A stretch of DNA of 64,000 bases from Candidatus Omnitrophota bacterium (GTDB lineage: Bacteria > Omnitrophota > Gorgyraeia > 1-14-0-20-64-10), in contig JACOVG010000004.1 in the NCBI GenBank assembly GCA_016177405.1, positions 18,674 through 82,673 of the forward strand. The letters are read 5' to 3'. The position numbers and the translations under genes are program-made. The notes beneath the pieces were generated by a model. It worked only from the letters and a program-made list of their open reading frames with translations. It had not been told where the DNA came from and searched no databases. The number at the start of each line of letters is the position of its first letter. The first letter of the stretch is position 1. Shown in pieces: positions 7,827-17,316 of the stretch.

Positions 7827-10800
7827 ACCTCCAGGAATTTCCCCTCGAAGTACCGGCGCATGGTCTCATTTTCGTTGGAGGGGGTGTAGCCGGTCGCCGC
7901 CGGCTGCCAGATTCCCTGGCCGCCCAAACCGCCATCCTCGGCCTTGACGACCCGCACCAGGGTCTCCTTGGGAACGGTGTTCACCGCGTGGTTATCCGCC
8001 TCGCCGCCAAAGAGGAAGGACATGAAGACCTTCGCCTTGTGGAAGAGGGTGTCGGTCTGGTGCATCGGCATGTGCCAGTTGCGGGTCACCGACTGCTGGG
8101 AGCCGTAGCGGAAGTTGGCCTGGTAGCCGGTGTCGGCCGAGAGGGCGCGCCCATCCCTGCGCGTCTCGTGGGCCCGGACCGAGCGCTCGGTGGCGATGTA
8201 GGTGCCGTGCTTCATCATCACCACGTTGTACGGGTAGGCCGGGTTGTACCGGGCCCGCAGCATCAGCCGCGCCACCTTGTAGAAGGGGTCGCTGGGCTTG
8301 GCCCCGAGGTAGGGGCGGTCGGCCGGGTTGGCATCCACGTAGACGTAGTCGCCGTCGTTCAGCCCAAGGTCCTTGGCCGCTTCGGGGTTGATGTGGATCT
8401 GGTGCTCGCCCACGCCGGGGGCGCGCTTGTCCATCCGGTAAGGGTCGCCGAAGTTGGAATCCCAGATCTCGTGCCAGTCCACATTGCTCCAGAGGGAGTG
8501 CACCCGGTGCCGGCTCTTGGGGGTCAGGCAGTAGAACTTGAAGCCCTTCTCCCAAAGGAAGTTTTTGCTCTGCTTGACCTCGCCCCAGGGTTTCTTGACG
8601 TTGCGCACCGTCCGATCGTCCCAATGCTCGGCCGTCAGCGGGATCCCGTAGTCGCTGGGGCGGACGTAGGGGTTGCTGGAAACGATGACGTTGGGCAGGT
8701 AGGGGGTCGCCTCCGTCCCTTCCCGGTGGACAATGAAGTTTTCGCCGTACTCGATCGCCTCCGGCACATCCGAGTAGGCCGCGAGGCGTCCGCAGTCGGT
8801 GTAAAAGGGGAGGTCTTCATGGATTTGCTCCCAGAAGACCACCCGGGGGTACGTCCGAAAAAGCATCAGGGCCCCGCCGGGCGGGCCGTATCGGCCGGCC
8901 ATGATGTCGGAAAGCTTGTAGCCGCGGGTGGTGGTGCAGGCGTCCAGGAGGCGCTGGATGTAAACCTCGCGCTTGCCCTCCAGGGCAAAACGCCAGTAGT
9001 CCAGGATGCGGGCGTCCCCGGTGGTCTTGGCCAGGGCCTCGGCGATGCCGGCCAAAATCATCAGGTCGTCGCGGCTGTCAAAGATCGGCGGGATGCCCCC
9101 CTTCCAGATCTGGAGGAAGGGATTGGAGCAGGAGGCCGTCACCTCCAGCCCCTCGGACTCGAGCCAGCTGTTGGCCGGCAGGGCGATGTCCGAGTATTCG
9201 ATCGTGGCCGTCATCTGGATGTCCACCGAGAGGATCATCTCGACGTTGGGGTTGACGTTCTTGAGCATCTCGTAGGCCCACTTGGCGTTGTTGAGGAGGT
9301 TGACGTTGGTGAAGAGCATCGCCTTCGTGGGGGTGGGCATGTGGCTTTTTCCGGTGAAGACCTTGCGCCCGGCCTGGGGGGTCTCCACGATGAGCGGCTT
9401 GTCCCCGTGGTTCCAGTAGGCCGGCTCCTCATCCATGAAATGGGCGTGGGCGTGAATCTCCTTGCCGTCGACCGAGGGATCGAGGGTCGGATGGAAGGGG
9501 TCCTCGGCCACCCATCCCTTGAACCCGGGACCCGTCCAGGGAGAGCCCTGGAAGAGAGCCGCCTTGTAGTTTCCGGCCCAGGAGTAGCAGCCAGCCCCCG
9601 GCTTTCCGATGTTGCCGGTCAGCATGAGCGGCAGGTAGGCCGCCCGGTTGGCCTCGGTCGCGTGAAAGTAATGGTTGATTCCCTCCCCCTGGTGGATCGC
9701 CACCGGCTTGAGGGTGGCCATCTCCTTGGCCAGCTTCTCGATCTTTTCCTTGGGGGCCTGGGTGATCTCGGCCACGGAATCCAGGTCGTAATCCTTCAGA
9801 TGAATCTTGTAGAGGGTGAACAGGGTCATCACCTCGACGGTTTGGCCCTGGGTCGTCTTCACCTGGAAGGTCCCCTCCAGGGAGGGCTTCACCCCTCTTT
9901 GCGCCAGGCGCCGGCCCACCTCGTCGCGCGTGACGGCGGCCGGGGCGTTCGCCGCCTCGTCCCAGACCACAAAGTCTCCGAGCTTCTGGTACTGCGGTTC
10001 GGTCAGCCCCTGGATCTTGAAGCTGGCTCCCTCCTTGGAGAGCTGTCCCCGGTAGCCCGGGAAAATCTCATGGGCCCGAAGGCGCTTCAGGTTGTCGGTC
10101 CGGATGAGCAGGGGGAAATCGGTGTAGCCGGTCACAAACTCCCGGTCGTACCAGCCGTTGTCGATCAGGATCCGAGTGATCCCCAAAAAGAGGGCCGCGT
10201 CGGTCTGGGGGCGGATCGGGATCCAGTCGTCCGACTTGGAGGCCGGCGGGCTGTATTCGGGCGAGATCGTCACCACCCGCCCGCCCCGCTCCATGCACTC
10301 GATGAACCAGTGGGAGTCGGTCATCTTGTTCTCGCAGAGATTCTTGCCGTCCTGGATGATCAGCTTGGAGAAACGCAGGTCGTTGAAATCGCAGTCGGCG
10401 TTCTGCAGGCCGTGCACCCAGGGGTGGCCAGGCGCCTGGTCCCCATGCCAGGTGTAGTTGGACCAGGCCCTGCCGGCCAAGGAATCCTCCGGCTTGACCC
10501 CGCGCAGGTGAACGTCCAGCAGGGCCATGGTGTTGGCCAGCCGGTACATCCCGTACTTGCCGAAAACCCCCAGCAGGCCCATCCCGCCGCGGAACTTGAG
10601 CGTCCGGGTGCCGGCGCCCCGCATCGCCTCGATCATCTCCTCGGGATATCCCTGCGAGCGCAGGAGCTTTTTCCCCTCCTCGCCGGAGTAGCGCTTGGCG
10701 ATGGCCGCCAGGGCCCGGGCCACGTAGCCGTTCACCTCGTCCCAGGAGATTTTTTCAAAGCTGTCCAAACCCCGGGAGTCGAACTTGTATTTGGCCTTAT

Positions 10801-11263
10801 GGGCGGGGGTCAGCTCCGGGAAGCCATCGTCGGCCCACTGCCTCCAGCCCTTGCGGACGATGGGATGCTTCAACCGGTAGGGCCCGTACATCAGGCGGTG
10901 GAAGGTGAAGCCCTTGGCGCACTGGCGCGGGTTCCAGTTGGGGGTGGCGTGGTTGCCGTAAAGGTCGGCGTAGCTGGCGTAATCGTACTGGGAGCCCAGC
11001 CGCACCACGATGCCGTTGCGGACGTAGGCCAGAACCCGGCAGGCGTGCGTGTCGTTGGGCGAGCAGACCCATGAGAAGGTGCTGTCATACCGGTACTGAT
11101 CGCGGTAAAGCTTCTCCCAATCCCGCGAGGGGTAATGGGCCAGGGGATTCTCCACGTCGGCCACCGGCTCCAGGGCCCAGAGCTTGAGCTCCCGGGACGC
11201 CAGATAGGCGGCGGCTCCGGTCGCGCCGGCGAGCTTGATGAATTGACGGCGGGTAAGGATCAT
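7823..11263 (-). CDS. nxrA: Nitrite oxidoreductase/nitrate reductase alpha subunit, Tat-exported Mo-bisPGD enzyme
   Basis: TRRQFIK Tat motif, FS0 motif CSPNDTHAC...PRQC, Asp ligand region YTWHGDQ; 1146 aa from ATG 11263. Confidence 0.88.
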   Translation of the reverse strand: MILTRRQFIKLAGATGAAAYLASRELKLWALEPVADVENPLAHYPSRDWEKLYRDQYRYDSTFSWVCSPNDTHACRVLAYVRNGIVVRLGSQYDYASYADLYGNHATPNWNPRQCAKGFTFHRLMYGPYRLKHPIVRKGWRQWADDGFPELTPAHKAKYKFDSRGLDSFEKISWDEVNGYVARALAAIAKRYSGEEGKKLLRSQGYPEEMIEAMRGAGTRTLKFRGGMGLLGVFGKYGMYRLANTMALLDVHLRGVKPEDSLAGRAWSNYTWHGDQAPGHPWVHGLQNADCDFNDLRFSKLIIQDGKNLCENKMTDSHWFIECMERGGRVVTISPEYSPPASKSDDWIPIRPQTDAALFLGITRILIDNGWYDREFVTGYTDFPLLIRTDNLKRLRAHEIFPGYRGQLSKEGASFKIQGLTEPQYQKLGDFVVWDEAANAPAAVTRDEVGRRLAQRGVKPSLEGTFQVKTTQGQTVEVMTLFTLYKIHLKDYDLDSVAEITQAPKEKIEKLAKEMATLKPVAIHQGEGINHYFHATEANRAAYLPLMLTGNIGKPGAGCYSWAGNYKAALFQGSPWTGPGFKGWVAEDPFHPTLDPSVDGKEIHAHAHFMDEEPAYWNHGDKPLIVETPQAGRKVFTGKSHMPTPTKAMLFTNVNLLNNAKWAYEMLKNVNPNVEMILSVDIQMTATIEYSDIALPANSWLESEGLEVTASCSNPFLQIWKGGIPPIFDSRDDLMILAGIAEALAKTTGDARILDYWRFALEGKREVYIQRLLDACTTTRGYKLSDIMAGRYGPPGGALMLFRTYPRVVFWEQIHEDLPFYTDCGRLAAYSDVPEAIEYGENFIVHREGTEATPYLPNVIVSSNPYVRPSDYGIPLTAEHWDDRTVRNVKKPWGEVKQSKNFLWEKGFKFYCLTPKSRHRVHSLWSNVDWHEIWDSNFGDPYRMDKRAPGVGEHQIHINPEAAKDLGLNDGDYVYVDANPADRPYLGAKPSDPFYKVARLMLRARYNPAYPYNVVMMKHGTYIATERSVRAHETRRDGRALSADTGYQANFRYGSQQSVTRNWHMPMHQTDTLFHKAKVFMSFLFGGEADNHAVNTVPKETLVRVVKAEDGGLGGQGIWQPAATGYTPSNENETMRRYFEGKFLEV

Positions 11264-11267
11264 CTCT

Positions 11268-12653
11268 TCAGGGCTCCAGTTGAAGCTCGTTCCAGATCGA
11301 GACGTTCTTCTGCCCGTTGCGGTCCTGGTGGGCGCCGTCAAAGATGGCGAAGGCCGCCGAGGCCGTCGCGCCGGGCGCCAGGGGAAGATCCTCCTGGTTC
11401 CGGGAAATGGGCCTTAAGAAAACCAGCCGCCAGCGCCCATCCTGCCAAAGGCCGCGGGCCTGAACCTGCTGGAGCCGGGCCTCCCGCGAGGTGAGGGTGC
11501 CCGGACCCTTGGCGTTGGCCTCCTCGGCGGCCTGGGGCGTTTCCGGCAAGGCCTTCCAGTTCCAGATCCAGACAGGCGCCTGCCGATCTCCCATGCCGAA
11601 GAAGGGGGGGTCGGCTGCCGCCGACAGCTGGATCGCCGCTCCATCCGAAAAGGACTGCGGCGTCAGGGTGGAGTTGTCCCGGGCGGCGTCGCTCCACGTC
11701 AGGTGAAAGGCGAGCGCCTCGCCGTTGTGCAGGCAGCGCACCTCCACCGATTCGATCCGGTCGTCCCTCCACCACAAAGGGGTCAGGTTCACCGCCGCCG
11801 GCTTGATCCTCTTCCACGCGGGCGCCATCGGATCCAGGGGGATCTCCCCCTTCAGGCGGGAGGCCCGGATCGTCCGCCGCGCCAGGCGCGCCCTCTCCTC
11901 CGCCCCCGGCGGCGCCAGCGACTGCACGAAATGGACCAGATCCCAAACCTGCTCGTCCGTGTAGGCGCCGGCGTAACTGGGCATGGGAGAGCCGGGAAGG
12001 CCCGCGATGATCCGGCGGTAAAGATCGGCGCTTTGGGAAGACCCCTTGAAGATGCCGGCGGTGAGGTTGCGCGGGCGGATGGGGAAGCCCTGATTGTCCT
12101 GCATCACCTGCTGGCCGTCCCCTTTGCCTTGCAGGCCGTGGCAGGAGGCGCATCCCTGGGAAAAGAGGGCTCGGCCGCGGCCGGCGCTCTTGGCGTTCGA
12201 CGGGGTTTCCCGCGGCACGGGCACGATGGAGGCCGGGTCGGAGGGGGCCGGGGAGCCGGTGAGCTTGCGCACGTACCCCACGAGGGCCCAGCGCTCTTTC
12301 TCGGTCAGGGCCTCCCAGGAAGGCATCGCCGAACCGGGCATGCCGCGCGTGATGGCGAGGAACAAATCCTCGTCGGCCGCCTCCATGGTGCTGGTCGAGA
12401 CCAACCGAAATTCGTTTCGGGTGAAATCGCGCGGCTTGGGGTACAGAAGATAGGCCGCCGGGCCGTCCCCGGCGCCGGTCAACCCGTGGCAGAGGGCGCA
12501 CTGTTTCTCGTAGAGCTGTTGGCCTTCGGCTAAAAGCCCCGGCGCAGCTGCCGGCCGATCCTCTCCGGCCGCCGGCAGGGCCGCCGCGAGAATCATTCCA
12601 AGGAGCCCTAGGGTGAGTACCTTAGGAAGACTTGGTGGTGTCGCCGACATCAT
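11268..12653 (-). CDS. Diheme cytochrome c fused to EbdC/DOMON-like heme-b (gamma subunit) domain
   Basis: Signal peptide, CALCH, CASCH, KPRDFT, GSAMPSW; C-terminal FSDGAAIQ..FGMG..WNWKA..FAIFDG..NGQK. Confidence 0.8.
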   Translation of the reverse strand: MMSATPPSLPKVLTLGLLGMILAAALPAAGEDRPAAAPGLLAEGQQLYEKQCALCHGLTGAGDGPAAYLLYPKPRDFTRNEFRLVSTSTMEAADEDLFLAITRGMPGSAMPSWEALTEKERWALVGYVRKLTGSPAPSDPASIVPVPRETPSNAKSAGRGRALFSQGCASCHGLQGKGDGQQVMQDNQGFPIRPRNLTAGIFKGSSQSADLYRRIIAGLPGSPMPSYAGAYTDEQVWDLVHFVQSLAPPGAEERARLARRTIRASRLKGEIPLDPMAPAWKRIKPAAVNLTPLWWRDDRIESVEVRCLHNGEALAFHLTWSDAARDNSTLTPQSFSDGAAIQLSAAADPPFFGMGDRQAPVWIWNWKALPETPQAAEEANAKGPGTLTSREARLQQVQARGLWQDGRWRLVFLRPISRNQEDLPLAPGATASAAFAIFDGAHQDRNGQKNVSIWNELQLEP

Positions 12654-12807
12654 CCTTGATTTGCTTGAGCCCCTTCTTGAATTCGGAAAAGGACTTTCCG
12701 ATCGAACGGGCGATCTCCGGCAGCCTCTTTGCCCCGAACAGAAGCAGCACGATGAACAGGATGAGCACCAGTTCCGGAATTCCGATGTTCTGAATGAACG
12801 CGAGCAT
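12622..12807 (-). CDS. tatA: Twin-arginine translocase TatA
   Basis: IGIPELVLILFIVLLLFGAKRLPEIARSIGK; GAAGGAGGT SD. Confidence 0.95.
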   Translation of the reverse strand: MLAFIQNIGIPELVLILFIVLLLFGAKRLPEIARSIGKSFSEFKKGLKQIKDDVGDTTKSS

Positions 12808-12936
12808 TTCTCATCACCTCCTTCAAATGGCCTTCAGATGCTTGGGGTATGCGTATTGTGCCCCGCCGGGTTTCTCTCGTTGTATGACGCAGATCATCTT
12901 TTCGTGGAAAGAAATATCTACAATTAAACCGATCCC

Positions 12937-13425
12937 ATGCTGCGCCTCCACTCCAAGGGCTGTGAATATGCCATCCGGGCGCTGATCCACCTGGTTCGGC
13001 GACAATCATCCCGGAAGCTGCCGGTTTCCTTTGGGAAGCTCTGCCATAAAACCAAGACGCCGGAACCCTCCACCCGGAAGGTGTTCCAGCGAATGGTGCG
13101 AAAGGGTCTGCTGACCGCCGTGCCGGGACGGGGGGGCGGCTACCGGCTGGGCCTGCCGCCGGATAAGATCAGCGTCTTGAGCATCATTCAAACCGTGGAC
13201 GGTCCCAAGGCATTGGGCGGCTGCGTTCTGGGCCTGCCTGCCTGCGGCGGCCGCCGCCCCTGCCCCCTGCACCCGACCTGGAAGAAGACCAAACAAGAAC
13301 TGACGCGGGAGTTAAGATCTCACACGCTTCTGGATTTGGCCAAAAGGAACGGAAGAGGAAGTTCTAAAGGCGGTATTCGGTGCGGACCATGGACGGATGC
13401 TGGAAGAGCCCCAGGCCCAAGGTGA
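12937..13425 (+). CDS. Rrf2 family regulator with three C-terminal Cys (probable Fe-S)
   Basis: CEYAIRAL, GRGGGYRL, CVLGLPACGGRRPCPLH. Confidence 0.9.
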   Translation: MLRLHSKGCEYAIRALIHLVRRQSSRKLPVSFGKLCHKTKTPEPSTRKVFQRMVRKGLLTAVPGRGGGYRLGLPPDKISVLSIIQTVDGPKALGGCVLGLPACGGRRPCPLHPTWKKTKQELTRELRSHTLLDLAKRNGRGSSKGGIRCGPWTDAGRAPGPR

Positions 13426-14974
13426 GCGTGGTCCAGGCCGCCATCGGCACGGCCAGCCACCCCCTCACCCTCTGCGGCATCGGAATCGGGCCGAATTCCC
13501 GCCGGATGGCCGAAAGGAGCTCCCGGGCCCTCTGCCTGGCAACCCGCGTGGGGCCCATCCAGACCGCCGGGCCCAGGGCCGGAAAGCTCTCCAGGATGTC
13601 CCTCCGGTAGCGCTCGGCCACCTCCCTAAGCCGCGCGTTGGAGCTGTCCTTCAGCCGGTGGTAGCCGAGGCGCCACGTTTCGATGGCCCGGACAATGGAG
13701 GGGCCCAGGCGATGGAAGTCCTGGCGGAAGCAGTCCCGCTGGATCGCCTGGACCTGGGGCGCCGTCATCGTGGGGTGATCCACCACATTGTAGAATCCGG
13801 TGCAGCGGCGGAAGAAGGCATCCCGGTCCTTCACGAATTTTTTGCGCAGGCGCCCCTGGGCGGTGATCCTCTCGTAAAAGGGGGTGCCCGGAACCGGCCC
13901 GTAGATGAGGAACTGCGCCAGGGTGGGCTCGAGGGCGAGCAGCTGGTCCAGCTCCTCTTGGATGATCTGGGGCGTCTGGTAGTCGAACCCCACGATCATC
14001 GACGCCAGCACGATGATCCCGTGGGCGCGCAGATCGGCGATCAGCTCGTCGATGGGCCGGCCCTGCTGTTTGGCGAAGTTGGAGCGCCTTCCCTCGTAGC
14101 CCATCCAGACCCCGGAGATCCCCATCTCCAGAAGCTCGGTGAGCGAATATTGGGAGAGGGCCTTGACGCTCGAGAAGACGAACATCGGATAGTCCGCCTT
14201 CGCCTGCCGCACGCAGTCCAGAAACTCCGTCGAGCGCCGCTTGTTGAGGAGGAAATCCTCGTCCAGGACGGTGAATTTGATGGAGGGCTTCCGAGCCCGG
14301 TAGTCCCGCAGGACCTTGAAGATGTCCCTTCCCTCGGGCAGCAGCCGGACGTGCTTGCGCTTGAAGAAGTGGGAGGTGCAGCAGAAATCACAGCCGTTGG
14401 GGCAGCCCAGCCCCGCGAAGATCATTCCGTTGTCGCCGATCGAGGTTGAAAAAACCTTCAGCCCATTGACGATCAGGGGGTGGTCGTAGGGCATGGCCTT
14501 CTCCGGCTCCCCCATCAGCCGGCGCAGGAAGCCCACCCCCTCCTCCCGGCAGATGTAATCCCCGTAGGGCGCAAGCTCCTCGTCCGGAAGGATCGTCCCA
14601 TAGCCGCCCAGGATGATCTTGGATTGCGGCGAGTGCTTCCGGATCAGCTCCACCACCCGCTTCATCCGGTGAAAGACCGCCAGCAAAAAGGAGACGCCCA
14701 CGTGGGAATAGCCGCGCTTAAGCTCCCGGATCAGCTCCCGCTCGGTGGGGTACTGGAGGACGACGGTGGGTATCTCCAGGTTGTGCGCGATGTACTCGAG
14801 GGAGAAATGGACCTGGTACGAGCGGGGGCTGAAACAGCCCTGCGCCCGGGTGATCTGCTCGTGCGCGAGCTCGTAGCCGACCGAGATGCCGTCGCCGTAG
14901 CGCCGGCCCAGGGGCCGGCAGACGCTGGTCAGCAGAAGCCGCCGGGGTAGAACTCCGTTGGGATGGGAAATCAT
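13364..14974 (-). CDS. B12-binding radical SAM protein
   Basis: IILGGYG cobalamin-domain region, GCPNGCDFC, DEDF, PGTP. Confidence 0.85.
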   Translation of the reverse strand: MISHPNGVLPRRLLLTSVCRPLGRRYGDGISVGYELAHEQITRAQGCFSPRSYQVHFSLEYIAHNLEIPTVVLQYPTERELIRELKRGYSHVGVSFLLAVFHRMKRVVELIRKHSPQSKIILGGYGTILPDEELAPYGDYICREEGVGFLRRLMGEPEKAMPYDHPLIVNGLKVFSTSIGDNGMIFAGLGCPNGCDFCCTSHFFKRKHVRLLPEGRDIFKVLRDYRARKPSIKFTVLDEDFLLNKRRSTEFLDCVRQAKADYPMFVFSSVKALSQYSLTELLEMGISGVWMGYEGRRSNFAKQQGRPIDELIADLRAHGIIVLASMIVGFDYQTPQIIQEELDQLLALEPTLAQFLIYGPVPGTPFYERITAQGRLRKKFVKDRDAFFRRCTGFYNVVDHPTMTAPQVQAIQRDCFRQDFHRLGPSIVRAIETWRLGYHRLKDSSNARLREVAERYRRDILESFPALGPAVWMGPTRVARQRARELLSAIRREFGPIPMPQRVRGWLAVPMAAWTTLTLGLGLFQHPSMVRTEYRL

Positions 14975-15050
14975 CGGGCTAGGTTATCATCCCCGCCGCC
15001 AGAATCTGTATGACGCCGGTCAGCTTTAAGAGCCGGCTTCAAAACCGGCT

Positions 15051-17279
15051 CTAAAAGGTCTGGCCGAGGAAGAGGTAGGCCGAGTCTTGGTCGTCCTCGG
15101 TGAAGCCGTAGGCCAGGTAGAGGGGGCCCAGGAAGGTGTCGAGCCCCAGGAAGGTGCTGCCGGCCCAGCGGAGAGAGTTCAGGTGGATCTGGCTTCGGTC
15201 GTTCCAGGTGTTGCCGGCCTCCAGGGAGCCGCCCAGATAGAGCGGTATCTCATAGGACGACACCCTGGGTTTGAAAAACTGGCGATAGTAGACGAGCCTT
15301 CCCAGCCCCACGTGCTGTCCGGAAAGCTGGCCCTGGTCCAGGCCCGAAAGAGACAAGAAGCCTCCCAGCGAGAAGCGGTCCTCGACCTGGGAGGCCTTAT
15401 TCAGCACCGAGCCGATTCTCGCGCTTAAGAGGAAGGTGTTGGGGCCGAAGCTCATCGCTTGAAACCACTGGGTGTTCAGGACGTCGTAGCTCGACTCGGC
15501 CCCCAGCTCTTCCCGGACCAGCCGGAATTCCACCTCTCCGGCCGTTCCGGAGCGGGGGAAGTGGGGGTTGTCGATCGTGTCCACGCTGAAGCGGGCGAGG
15601 TATCCCCCTTCCTCAAACCCGCCGCCCCCCAGCGTCCCGGAGGTGAACCGGGGCCGGAGGTCCCCATCCCCATGGCGGGCCCCCACGCGCAGTTCGCCCC
15701 AATTCTCAAGCTGGCGCCCCAGGTCCAAACCGGCGGTCGTGGCGGTGTCCCGAAACTCACTCACCCTGTTCCCTTGGCGAAAGACCTCGACATTCGCCTG
15801 GCCGTGCTCGGCCGAGGCCGAGGCGAAAAAGCGGCCCCCCGCGTCCAACGGCTGGTAAAACTCGGAGGAGATCCGCGGCTCATCCCCGATGGCCATCTCG
15901 TTGCGCCACTCGGCCCCCAGGCGGTTCACGAGGGTGGTGGTCTCGCGCGCGGCCAGGGCGTAGCTGGTGCCGCCGCTGAAATCATCCGCGAGGTTGAGCC
16001 CGAACCGGATGTAATGGGGGCCCCACGATTTTTCCTCGGCCTTGAAAACGAGCCCGTGGGTTCCGCCGGTTTTCTCCAGGTCAAACTCCACCTGCTCGAA
16101 GTAATCCAGGCCGTTCACCCGGGCGAGGTCTTCCTTTAGGGTCGAGACCTCCAGGGGCCTGCCCACGGGGGTTCGGATCTTGGAGCGGATCACGGCGGGG
16201 TCCAGGCGCGAGGGATTCACGATTCGGATCGAACCGATCACCGGCAGGGTATCGGGCCCGCCCCGTTTTACCGCCAGGTGCGACCGGTAATTCCCTTCGT
16301 TCAGGGAGAGGCGGGAGACCTCTTCCGACGAGCGCCGCGCCGCCGCCTCACCGCGGCGGACCGCTTCCACCGCGCGGTGGTAATCGCCGGGCATGATCCC
16401 CGCGAGCTCGGGGCGGATCACGACGTCGCCCGATTTCAGGGCGGCCATCTGAAGCTTGGTGTTCTGCACCGCCAGGATGTCCAGGGCCTGCTGGGAGATC
16501 TCGATGGCCGAGCGAAGCTCCTGCCGTTTCCGAAGGGGGGTGGGCAAGTCCACCACGATCAGGATCTCCGCCCCCATCGCCCGGGCGACATCCACCGGCG
16601 TGTTGTTGGCGATCCCTCCGTCCACCAGGAGGCGGCCGTCGAGCTCCACCGGCGGAAAAACCCCCGGGATGGACATGCTGGCCAGGATCGCGGCGGCCAG
16701 ATCGCCCCGGCCCAGGACCACCGTCTCGCCGGTTTCGATGTCGGCGGCCACCGCGCGGAAGGGGGTGGCCAGCTCGTCAAAATCCCTCACCTCGGCCCTG
16801 GAAACGGTCAGGGTCCTAAGCATGGCCCGGAGCTTCCTTCCCTGAATCAGCCCCTTGGGCAAAACCAAGCGGCCCTCCTTGATCCCGAGGGCGAAGCGGA
16901 TCAGGAAGTTGGCGTCGTCCTGCTTGCGCCGGTAAGGGAGATCCCGCCTGGGAGGACGGTCCTCAAAGAGATCCACCCAGTCGGCCTGGGTGAGCTGGGT
17001 TTCAATCTCCCGAGGGGAAAGGCCGGCGGCGTACAGGCCCCCCACCACCGCGCCCATGCTGGTGCCGGCGATGCAGTCGATCGGAACGCGAAGCTCCTCC
17101 AGCACCTTGAGCACCCCCACGTGGGCTGCCCCTTTGGCGCCGCCGCCGGCCAAGACCAGGCCTACCCTGGGACGGCCGAGGGGGGAATCGGCGGCCCGCG
17201 CCGGCTCCGGCGGGACCGCGCCTAAGAAAGAAAACAGGAGGGAAAGGGCGAGGACGAAAAGGACTCGGCGGAAAAAAAT
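15051..17279 (-). CDS. Patatin-POTRA-beta-barrel protein (PlpD-like, type Vd); probable ATT start
   Basis: GGGAKG, GTSMG, DGG; C-terminal barrel ending LGQTF. The frame stays open upstream of the TTG call through a signal peptide to ATT 17279. Confidence 0.85.
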   Translation of the reverse strand: MFFRRVLFVLALSLLFSFLGAVPPEPARAADSPLGRPRVGLVLAGGGAKGAAHVGVLKVLEELRVPIDCIAGTSMGAVVGGLYAAGLSPREIETQLTQADWVDLFEDRPPRRDLPYRRKQDDANFLIRFALGIKEGRLVLPKGLIQGRKLRAMLRTLTVSRAEVRDFDELATPFRAVAADIETGETVVLGRGDLAAAILASMSIPGVFPPVELDGRLLVDGGIANNTPVDVARAMGAEILIVVDLPTPLRKRQELRSAIEISQQALDILAVQNTKLQMAALKSGDVVIRPELAGIMPGDYHRAVEAVRRGEAAARRSSEEVSRLSLNEGNYRSHLAVKRGGPDTLPVIGSIRIVNPSRLDPAVIRSKIRTPVGRPLEVSTLKEDLARVNGLDYFEQVEFDLEKTGGTHGLVFKAEEKSWGPHYIRFGLNLADDFSGGTSYALAARETTTLVNRLGAEWRNEMAIGDEPRISSEFYQPLDAGGRFFASASAEHGQANVEVFRQGNRVSEFRDTATTAGLDLGRQLENWGELRVGARHGDGDLRPRFTSGTLGGGGFEEGGYLARFSVDTIDNPHFPRSGTAGEVEFRLVREELGAESSYDVLNTQWFQAMSFGPNTFLLSARIGSVLNKASQVEDRFSLGGFLSLSGLDQGQLSGQHVGLGRLVYYRQFFKPRVSSYEIPLYLGGSLEAGNTWNDRSQIHLNSLRWAGSTFLGLDTFLGPLYLAYGFTEDDQDSAYLFLGQTF

Positions 17280-17305
17280 AGGGGCCTCCTTTTGAGGCCC
17301 CTATT
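17272..17305 (-). terminator. Intrinsic terminator of ahpC
   Basis: AATAGGGGCCTC-AAAAG-GAGGCCCCTATT followed by a T-run on the minus strand. Confidence 0.85.
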
Positions 17306-17316
17306 ATCTCACAGGA

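Noticed and set aside
7988-11074. 1028-aa plus-strand ORF
   Set aside because: Antisense shadow of nxrA caused by high-GC codon bias; no motifs. The same applies to the long antisense ORFs over rhlE, typA, sir, thrS and others.
12883-12901. Possible Rrf2 operator TATGAC-N7-ATCTTT between tatA and rrf2
   Set aside because: Imperfect symmetry and a single copy; too weak to call.
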